Shown here: positions 20,821 to 28,123 of the stretch, piece after piece | Numbering within the stretch: position 1 is the first letter of the stretch | How the letters are laid out: each line of letters opens with the position of its first letter | Assembly (NCBI GenBank): GCA_003141195.1 | Contig: PLLC01000087.1 | Span: 2,875-66,874, forward strand | Reading direction: 5' to 3' | Source: Syntrophaceae bacterium | GTDB taxonomy: Bacteria > Desulfobacterota > Syntrophia > Syntrophales > UBA5619 | Length of the DNA stretch: 64,000 nucleotides | The notes under the pieces: generated by a model | The model's database searches: none | Seen by the model: only the letters and a program-made list of their open reading frames with translations | Told to the model about the DNA's origin: nothing | Translations under genes and position numbers: made by a program

Positions 20821-21104
20821 ACCTTCCTCCTCTTTCTGTTTGATAAGTTTCGATAGAACTCGCTCTGTGGCGAACCGATTCAACCTCCAATCCATGCTGT
20901 CTCCAGGGAACTGAACGAACGATCACCCCCTTTCACTTGGTGCATTCCGCTCCATTTGCATTTCGCCTCTGTCGTTACCAACTCTTAAGATATAGGTGTA
21001 GAATTTGACAAAAAATGCCAGTAAATACCAATTTTTAACTCTAGTGGCCGTTTTAACAAAATATTTTGCAGTATGTTCATCAACCCCTTGTCGAGTGCGG
21101 TAGA

Positions 21105-21338
21105 TTAAAGCAGCGGTCTGGATGGGTTAAAGTTGCCCGAGGGTCCCAACGTTGCTTAAGTGCCGTCAATAGAGGAGTCCCACTCCGGCCGTTGGGCCAG
21201 TTCGTACGTGGCGGCTACGGCATTCATGGAAGGCCGAATGATCGGATCATCCACCACATTTTCAATCCGCTTGCCGAACATATAGACTTGCAGCTTGAGT
21301 TTTCTCAGGCTTTCCTCATATTGCCGGGCTGTCATCAT
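21105..21338 (-). pseudogene. abfD: abfD 5' fragment joined out of frame to the last ~27 codons of a GlcD/E-type oxidase gene
   Basis: The 60-aa ORF MMTARQYEESLRKLKLQVYMFGKRIENVVDDPIIRPSMNAVAATYELAQRPEW then diverges. 21105..21188 aligns to 12428..12512, and 21189..21338 aligns to 17599..17748. Confidence 0.8.
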
Positions 21339-21372
21339 GGCAAAATATCTCCTTTCATTCTTTCCGCCGGGG

Positions 21373-22266
21373 TCATCCCACCGCTCTCGGGGCTTGGCAT
21401 CTGTTGATCAAACGCTGCCAGTCATCATCCACCCGCATTTGCATGCGGTCGCGTTCCTCCACGGACATCTTTTTGAACCGGCCCTGATGTTTCAGATAGG
21501 CATCCACGCCTTCCTTCTCAGGCATGGAACTCAACTGCCATGTATCCCCACCGAACACCTCATAAAGCGGAAACACGCGGCTTTTAATGGCCTGCCTGGC
21601 AACCTCGATGGACAGCTCCGTGGCATGCCGCCAGCCGGTCGGGCAGGAGGCAAAGAGATGGATAAATCGCGAACCCTTGATATTTTTCGCTTTTTCCAGC
21701 TTCTCTTTCAGATCCTCCGGCGCGCCGATGCTGGCAGTGGCCGCGTAGGGAATGCGGTGCGCAGCCATGATCTCCACCATGTTTTTCTTCCTCTGACCCT
21801 TCCGGGCCGAATCGGGTGTGGTGGTGGTCCACGCGCCGGCCGGTGTCGCCGAGGAGCGCTGGATACCCGTGTTCATGTAGGCTTCGTTGTCGTAGCAGAT
21901 AAAAAGGATATCATCGTTTCGTTCCACAACACCGGAAAGCGGCTGAAAACCGATATCGAAGGTGCCGCCGTCGCCTGCAAAGGCCAGGACGGTCGTATGA
22001 TCGTTTCCCTGAATGGTCAAACCGGCCTTGATCCCGGCGGCAACGGACGCGGTGGCTCCAAAGGCGACCGAAACCACCGGCACGGTCAGGCAGGTGTAAG
22101 GGTAAATGCCGATAAGGCTTGACCAGCATCCAGCCGTCATCACCACAATCGTATCCTCACCCAGGACCGACAATGTTTGTTGCATGGCCACGGTGGCGCC
22201 GCAGCCGGGACAACCATAGTGACCCGGTATGAACAGTTCCCTCTTCGCCCGGATTTGTTCACTCAT
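21373..22266 (-). CDS. 2-oxoacid:ferredoxin oxidoreductase beta subunit (TPP-binding)
   Basis: CPGCG and GDGGTFDIG motifs. ATGA overlap with the alpha subunit stop. Confidence 0.85.
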   Translation of the reverse strand: MSEQIRAKRELFIPGHYGCPGCGATVAMQQTLSVLGEDTIVVMTAGCWSSLIGIYPYTCLTVPVVSVAFGATASVAAGIKAGLTIQGNDHTTVLAFAGDGGTFDIGFQPLSGVVERNDDILFICYDNEAYMNTGIQRSSATPAGAWTTTTPDSARKGQRKKNMVEIMAAHRIPYAATASIGAPEDLKEKLEKAKNIKGSRFIHLFASCPTGWRHATELSIEVARQAIKSRVFPLYEVFGGDTWQLSSMPEKEGVDAYLKHQGRFKKMSVEERDRMQMRVDDDWQRLINRCQAPRAVG

Positions 22267-23426
22267 GGCAACACCTCCGCCCAAAGCGACATCCCTGCTT
22301 CGACTGCGTTCCCGTATCCGGATATCGCCTGTCGTACCAATGGGATGATCGTATCCACGGTGACATCATTTCCGCCGACACCCGCAACAAAGCCTGTTAC
22401 TTTTAAATCCCCCCGGTGCCCGAAAAGGCCCGCCTTCACCTCCTGGGCCACGATGCCCTCGGCCCCGAAAGAGACATCCCGATCGATGACGATCACATGT
22501 TTGACCTTTGCAATCGCCCTTTGCAACCCTTCCAGGGGAAAGGGCCGGATCATCGCAAGCCGCAGGCTGCCGACCTTTAACCCCTCTTCCCGCAGCCGGT
22601 CGACCGCCAGCCGGATAGTGCCGGTGGCCGTACCGATGCTAACGATGCACAGGTCGGCATCCTCCGTTCGATATGCTTCCACGGTCTTGTGCAATCGGTT
22701 GAAATGGCTGTTGTATTTCTCGGCCACCTGATCCCAGAGCCTTGCCACCGCAAGCGTGTCGCCCTGGCGTTTGTACTTGATGGAGCTGAAGAGGTCTGCC
22801 CCGCATACAATGCTGAAGGTCTTGGGATCGTTCACATCCAGCTTGAGCGACGCATGATAGGGGGGAAGAAAGAGATCCACCGTCTCCTGATCCGGCACAT
22901 CCAGCGGCTCGGAGGTATGGGTTAAATAAAATGCGTCCAGATTGATCATGACCGGCAAAAGCGCCTGTTCGGCAACCGCATAGGCGATCAAAATGGCGTC
23001 GAGCACATCCTGGGCATCGGCGCAGTAATACTGAATCCAGCCGGTGTCGCGCTGGGACAGCGAATCGGTGTGGTCGCAGTACAGGTTCCAGGGGGGGGCC
23101 AAGGCGCGGTTGCAGTTGACCATGACGACCGGCACCCGCTCGCCGGCGGTAAAATGGAGCATTTCATGCATGTAGGCCAGTCCCTGCGAGGAGGTTGCCG
23201 TAAAGGTCCTGGCGCCTGCCAGCGACGCGCCCATGCAACTGGACATGGCCGTGTGCTCCGACTCCACGGGCATGTACTTGGCCTTCAGTTCGCCCCGACC
23301 GATGATATCGGCCAGACTCTCGACAATCACGGTCTGTGGGGTGATCGGATACGCCGAGACCACTTGAACACGGGCCAGTTTTACGGCCATCGTAGCGGCT
23401 TCGGTCCCCATCATGACTTTCTTCAT
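22263..23426 (-). CDS. 2-oxoacid:ferredoxin oxidoreductase alpha subunit
   Basis: MKKVMMGTEAATMAVKLARVQVVSAYPITPQT is a typical N-terminus. ATGA overlap with the upstream gene. Confidence 0.85.
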   Translation of the reverse strand: MKKVMMGTEAATMAVKLARVQVVSAYPITPQTVIVESLADIIGRGELKAKYMPVESEHTAMSSCMGASLAGARTFTATSSQGLAYMHEMLHFTAGERVPVVMVNCNRALAPPWNLYCDHTDSLSQRDTGWIQYYCADAQDVLDAILIAYAVAEQALLPVMINLDAFYLTHTSEPLDVPDQETVDLFLPPYHASLKLDVNDPKTFSIVCGADLFSSIKYKRQGDTLAVARLWDQVAEKYNSHFNRLHKTVEAYRTEDADLCIVSIGTATGTIRLAVDRLREEGLKVGSLRLAMIRPFPLEGLQRAIAKVKHVIVIDRDVSFGAEGIVAQEVKAGLFGHRGDLKVTGFVAGVGGNDVTVDTIIPLVRQAISGYGNAVEAGMSLWAEVLP

Positions 23427-24625
23427 ACGCTCATATCCTCCATTGTGATCACCCCCCGGGGGCATTCATAGGCACAGATGCCGCATCCCTTGCAGTGGTC
23501 CAGGTCGACCGCAACGGCGATATTCTCCCCATCCGGCCGGATACTGGCGTCGGGACAATAGGAGACACACTGCAAACAGAGGTTACAGGTGCCGCACGAG
23601 AGGCAGCGTTCCGCTTCCTGCAGTGCCCGCTCCCGGTCCCATGTTACCTCCTGTTTGGTCTCCGTCTCTGCAGCAGGACCGGAGACCGGAAAACGCTCAA
23701 TCTTTATATTTTCGATGCTTACTGCCTGCAGGGGGAGGTCCGGGGCCGGCTGTGCAAGATCCACCGGGCGCAGACCATCGAAAACCTTCCGGGCCAGCAG
23801 ACGGCCTGCGGCAATGTAATGGGCAATCATGGGCGCCTTGAATGGTGTTAGGTTTTGCGGCAATTTTACGGAGATGATGCCTCCGGTGGCGGTTTCTTCA
23901 TCAAAGGGATTGCAAGCGACCGCACCGGTTGGCACGCTAAAGTCTTCCGAAAGTCCGGTCGGATCCAAAATGACGAGGTCTGCGTTCGACAGCAGTTCGC
24001 CGGGTGTGTCGAAATCGATTACGGCGCCGGTTTCAAGCCTGATATCGGCAAGACGGATCAAGCGGTTGATTTCATGAGACAGCACCTGCGGCTCTATTTT
24101 CCCCGGCGAAAGATCGACAAGCGCCCCGCCCGCCTGGCCGGCGGGGTCCAGGACAACGACCCGGCATCCCCAACAAGCCAGATAAAATGCACAGGAGAGC
24201 CCCAGAGGGCCGGAACCGATGACCGTGACCCGCTGATCGGTTTTATCACTTTTCTCAATTGTGACATCCGTCGCGAGATCACCCAGAAACCGCTCCACCT
24301 TTTGGATGGATATCGTCCGATCTATTGTTCTGCGGATACATTTGGTCTGGCAAGGGTGATAGCACAGGCGGCCGGTCAGACCGGGCAGGGGGTTATAGGC
24401 CAGCAGCAGGGCGAGACCGCCTTCAATATCCCCACGGTTCATGGCACCCAGATGGCGCGGAATCGGAATGCCCGCCGGACAGTTCTGGCTGCAGGGTGCC
24501 AGTTTGTCTGCGACCAGCGGTGTTACATAACGCCAGTCGCCCGTCTGGTTCCAAGCCATGGTGCCGATCGTGGTCGGCGCTGTCGGAAGCTCCGACAACC
24601 TTTGAATGATGATTTTAGTCTGCAT
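23423..24625 (-). CDS. Fusion protein: GltD-like Fe-S/FAD-NAD(P) N-terminal region plus C-terminal 2x[4Fe-4S] ferredoxin (delta-subunit-like)
   Basis: N-terminus has CSQNCPAGIPIP...GRLCYHPCQTKC (GltD small-subunit-like). This is followed by a Rossmann VTVIGSGPLGLSCAFYL and a C-terminal CLSCGTCNLCLQCVSYCP...CKGCGICAYECP. Confidence 0.65.
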   Translation of the reverse strand: MQTKIIIQRLSELPTAPTTIGTMAWNQTGDWRYVTPLVADKLAPCSQNCPAGIPIPRHLGAMNRGDIEGGLALLLAYNPLPGLTGRLCYHPCQTKCIRRTIDRTISIQKVERFLGDLATDVTIEKSDKTDQRVTVIGSGPLGLSCAFYLACWGCRVVVLDPAGQAGGALVDLSPGKIEPQVLSHEINRLIRLADIRLETGAVIDFDTPGELLSNADLVILDPTGLSEDFSVPTGAVACNPFDEETATGGIISVKLPQNLTPFKAPMIAHYIAAGRLLARKVFDGLRPVDLAQPAPDLPLQAVSIENIKIERFPVSGPAAETETKQEVTWDRERALQEAERCLSCGTCNLCLQCVSYCPDASIRPDGENIAVAVDLDHCKGCGICAYECPRGVITMEDMSV

Positions 24626-25193
24626 TCACATCTCCTGATATCCTGAATACTGCCTGATATGCCGCTTCGGCGGCGGCCATGTTCTGTTTAGGGCTCACCG
24701 GTACGCCAGTTTCAATGGCCTCCAGCAGGTTGGAAAGCGCAAGGTCGCCGGAAACCCGGGCATAGGCGCCGAGGATGACGGTGTTAATGATCGGGGCGGT
24801 CTTCGAGCCCAAGCCGTGATGAAGCGCTATTTTCACGGCGTCCACGCCGGCCACTCGAAAGGAGCCCTTGATGGGGTTCTGATTCTCATTCTCCTTGCAA
24901 TTGAGCAGGATCAGTGCATCCGGCTTGGCGCCATGAGCCACATCCACTTTGCGCAGCAGCGAAAAATCCAGCACGATGACGACATCAGGGTTCTTGATGT
25001 CTCCGCGCTCGACAATGGGAGCGCTATCCAGCCTGACGAATGCGGAGACGGCAGCTCCTTTTCGTTCCATACCGAAGGAAGGAAAAGCCTGAACGTAGAG
25101 CCCCTGTTTGAAGTAGGCATGGGCTAAAATTTTTGAAGCGACCACAGCTCCCTGCCCCCCTCTGCCATGGAACCTAATGCCGACCATATTCAT
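24615..25193 (-). CDS. 2-oxoacid:ferredoxin oxidoreductase gamma subunit
   Basis: GRGGQGAVVASKILA motif. Start at MNMVGIR (25193). Confidence 0.8.
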   Translation of the reverse strand: MNMVGIRFHGRGGQGAVVASKILAHAYFKQGLYVQAFPSFGMERKGAAVSAFVRLDSAPIVERGDIKNPDVVIVLDFSLLRKVDVAHGAKPDALILLNCKENENQNPIKGSFRVAGVDAVKIALHHGLGSKTAPIINTVILGAYARVSGDLALSNLLEAIETGVPVSPKQNMAAAEAAYQAVFRISGDVNAD

Positions 25194-25224
25194 ATTCCTC
25201 TCAGTTTTAGCGGTGTCCCGAAAT

Positions 25225-26031
25225 TTATAGTTCACTCAATGAACTTGAGATTTTCCCAGCCGTTTCCGATACCAACTTTGCAAGCGTGTCGCTCGTCTCT
25301 GCAGTTACCCGATTTTTCGGAGCTGAAATACTGATGGCTGCCACACATTCCCCCTTAGAGTTCAATATCGGTGCGCCAACACAGTAGACCCCTACCAGGG
25401 CCTCTTCATCATCGACTGCCACCTTCCTGACCCTGACTTTCTCGATCTCCTTAATCAATTTATCTACAGAAGTAATCGTATTTTGAGTGTATTTTTTTAA
25501 AGATCTATTCAGTCTGTAAATCTGCCGGATATCTTCATTGCTGAAGTATGACAGCAATATCTTGCCGGTTGCGGCACAGTAGCCTGCGAATCTTGCGCCA
25601 GCCGTCGTGGAAATTCGAAGGAGCGCTTCAGATTCCAATCGGTAGATGTAGCGAATTCCATTATATTCCCACACAGCCGCGTTCACCGTTTCCCCGCACC
25701 TCTCGTAGAGTTTCATCAGAAAGGGGGCCATGGCCATGCGAAGAAATCTCTCTCGCTTGGAGTCCATTCCGATTTCCAGCGTTCGCACGCCAAGACCGTA
25801 CATTTTTGTTTTTCTGTTCTGCTGGATGAATTTTCGTGCCACGAGGGTACTCAGGACCCGATGAACCGTTCCCTTCATCATGCCGAGTTTCTGGCAGATC
25901 TCCGTAATGGAGAGATCCCGGCTCTGGTCAATCACTAACTCAAGAATTAAAAGCGCTTTATCAAGTGAGGTTACTCGGTATTTATTTTCGGAATTCGACT
26001 GAGTCTTCGATTTTGATGGCACCTCTTTCAT
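25225..26031 (-). CDS. IclR-family transcriptional regulator
   Basis: N-terminal wHTH (SLDKALLILELV...LSITEICQKLGMMKGTVHRVLSTL) and a C-terminal IclR effector domain. Start at MKEVPSK (26031). Confidence 0.85.
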   Translation of the reverse strand: MKEVPSKSKTQSNSENKYRVTSLDKALLILELVIDQSRDLSITEICQKLGMMKGTVHRVLSTLVARKFIQQNRKTKMYGLGVRTLEIGMDSKRERFLRMAMAPFLMKLYERCGETVNAAVWEYNGIRYIYRLESEALLRISTTAGARFAGYCAATGKILLSYFSNEDIRQIYRLNRSLKKYTQNTITSVDKLIKEIEKVRVRKVAVDDEEALVGVYCVGAPILNSKGECVAAISISAPKNRVTAETSDTLAKLVSETAGKISSSLSEL

Positions 26032-26056
26032 GGCAAAAAACCTCCATAAGCGATGG

Positions 26057-26147
26057 TTCCGTATATTGTGAAGATTTTTTACCATACGGAAAACTATAGT
26101 CAAGCAAAATGTTCCGCATCTTTAATATTGAGTTCTAATATACGGAA
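26057..26147. promoter_or_regulatory. Candidate operator: two inverted pairs of TTCCG(T/C)AT boxes upstream of iclR
   Basis: TTCCGTAT 26057..26064 pairs with ATACGGAA 26084..26091. TTCCGCAT 26112..26119 pairs with ATACGGAA 26140..26147. Spacers are 19-20 nt. Confidence 0.45.
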
Positions 26148-26602
26148 CAATCGGTTGATCGGATCATTGAATCCTTATCACGCTGGAGGATTGGTCTGGA
26201 GGCTTACGGCACCTACTTTCCCCTCTTCCGATTGGAGGTGATTCCTCCTATCAATCATTCCATAGCAGTCTATTGAGCAGATGTTCCCAGCAGGGGCACA
26301 CTCCACCGCAGGGTGCTCGGCGCAGCTGACGAGTGTGCGTTTCATGGCTGCCCCTGCCCTGATCGGGTTTTCAAATGGCAAAATGCTCTCTTTTGGTACT
26401 TTCATTTCATCGCTATCGGCATCCGTACGTGCTTCGAGGCAGCGATCTCGCATCACATCAATGGATGGGGGATTTTTCAGCGCTATCGCGCATTGTTCAA
26501 TATTGATCCATCATTTCATGCAGATGGAGCATGAACATGTTTCTGCGGATTGGTCTATAGTAGGTCCGATTTTGCTTCTCAAGCGATATTCGCGTCTTCT
26601 TG

Positions 26603-26801
26603 TTCCGTATATTAGAACTGATTATTAAGAATACGGAAAAATTTGCTTGACTATGATTTTCCGTATGGTAAATATTTTCACCAATATACGGAATCACTCA
26701 TGGAGGTTTTTTTTACCATGAAGCTGGTACCATCAAAATCGAAGACTCGGTCGCGTCCCGAAAATGTATGCCGAGAGACCTCGCGTGATAAGGCATTTTA
26801 G
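26603..26801 (+). repeat. Inverted, diverged copy of the iclR operator/promoter region plus the first ~27 codons of iclR
   Basis: The same box pairs occur at 26603..26638 and 26659..26693. They are followed by ATG 26718 encoding MKLVPSKSKTRSRPENVCRETSRDKAF-stop, compared with IclR MKEVPSKSKTQSNSENKYRVTSLDKAL. Confidence 0.75.
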
Positions 26802-26925
26802 CAGGCCGCTTAAAGTACGTCACATGGAGTCAACCAAAATTATTCGCAGAATGCCTCGCGGCTTGCCCCGGTGAGTTTCAATGAGAAGGGATGAAAATGA
26901 AAGCGGCGCTTACCCTGAGAAGAGC

Positions 26926-27049
26926 AGTACAAGATCAAGGTATTCGGCATATTTACGGACGATTTGACGCGACTTCGGGAATGGTTGTTGGATTATGAGT
27001 GCCCGACTATGGCGATGGAAAGTACGGGGATATACTGGAGCCCTGTGGT
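26926..27049 (+). mobile_element. IS110-family transposase N-terminal fragment (remnant)
   Basis: Translates to ..KIKVFGIFTDDLTRLREWLLDYECPTMAMESTGIYWSPVV. This matches the conserved (V/M)AMESTG.YW block of the DEDD IS110 transposase. No full ORF is present. Confidence 0.6.
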
Positions 27050-27111
27050 GGTTTGGGTAAATGCACGTGACATTAACTGGTGATGGTTTGGGTAAATGAG
27101 CGTGACATTAA
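27050..27111 (+). repeat. Two near-identical 27-nt direct repeats
   Basis: ggtttgggtaaatgCAcgtgacattaa at 27050..27076 and ggtttgggtaaatgAGcgtgacattaa at 27085..27111. Confidence 0.8.
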
Positions 27112-27150
27112 GACGAAATGAATCTAACAGCGAAAGGAGGAACAGGACAC

Positions 27151-28041
27151 ATGATGAAAAAAGTATTGCGTGGGGTTATCTTTCTGTTTGCGATTGCCGT
27201 TGGCGTACCATTGATGTTTTCAGGGATCCTGGGCGCGGCGGAATCGGGAAGTGCGGGACCGGATAAGATCGTCCAGGGCGGAGCGAATCTGACTGTGGCC
27301 GAGTCCAAGAGGTTGATCGGCAAGGCTGTGGCCCAGATGCCGATCGTCAAGAATGCCCTTGAAAACGGCATGATCATTATCATCAAGGGGACAACCACTC
27401 GCTACGTGGCCGAGGAGATCACGGGGCAGAAAATCGTTCCTGCGGAATTTGTGACGGGGAGACTTATGCCGAAACAGCCCGAGTTACTCCCCAAGGGAAA
27501 GTCCGTTAACAACGTGATTCTTGAGAAAGGCAAGTTACTTGATATCCCGCTTCCTGACGCCGTGAAGAAGTTGAAACCAGGCGACGTGGTCATGAAGGGG
27601 GCGAATGCCCTGGACTACAAGAACAAGTTAGCGGCGGGCAATATTATGGTCGGTCCCCACCTGGGTTTTGTGCCGGGTCCGGATGGGGGAACGACAGGGA
27701 TCACAATGCCCTTCATCGTGGCACGCAAGGTTCACCTCGTCATTCCGGTCGGCCTCGAGAAGCAGGTTGTAGGGGATATAGTGGATGTGACCTTGAAGAT
27801 GCGTGAGCCGATAGAGTCGTTGAACGTTCTTCCTTCGATGTGGCTCCTCACGGGCGAGATCGTCACGGAGTTGGAGGCCATTAAAATGCTGACCGGTGCA
27901 ACTGCCTTTCAGGCCAATGCAGGGGGTGTCAACGGTGCGGAAGGTGGATCATGGCTTGTTTTCAGGGGAACCCGTGATCAAGTAGAGAAGGCCATGGAAT
28001 TGGCAAAATCCGTGAAAGGGGAACCGCCTTATACGGAATAG
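27151..28041 (+). CDS. Hypothetical exported protein
   Basis: AGGAGG RBS, then MMKKVLRGVIFLFAIAVGVPLMFSGILGAAES signal-like N-terminus. No family recognised. Confidence 0.5.
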   Translation: MMKKVLRGVIFLFAIAVGVPLMFSGILGAAESGSAGPDKIVQGGANLTVAESKRLIGKAVAQMPIVKNALENGMIIIIKGTTTRYVAEEITGQKIVPAEFVTGRLMPKQPELLPKGKSVNNVILEKGKLLDIPLPDAVKKLKPGDVVMKGANALDYKNKLAAGNIMVGPHLGFVPGPDGGTTGITMPFIVARKVHLVIPVGLEKQVVGDIVDVTLKMREPIESLNVLPSMWLLTGEIVTELEAIKMLTGATAFQANAGGVNGAEGGSWLVFRGTRDQVEKAMELAKSVKGEPPYTE

Positions 28042-28059
28042 AAAATGATGGGGTGAACT

Positions 28060-28101
28060 GACCAGCCCCCCCCGAATGATCCGGATCTAGGGGGGCTGGT
28101 C
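28060..28101 (+). terminator. GC-rich hairpin after the exported-protein gene
   Basis: gaccagcccccc (28060..28071) pairs with ggggggctggtc (28090..28101). No clear T-tract. Confidence 0.4.
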
Positions 28102-28123
28102 ATCGGAGAGGATTAAATTTGCC

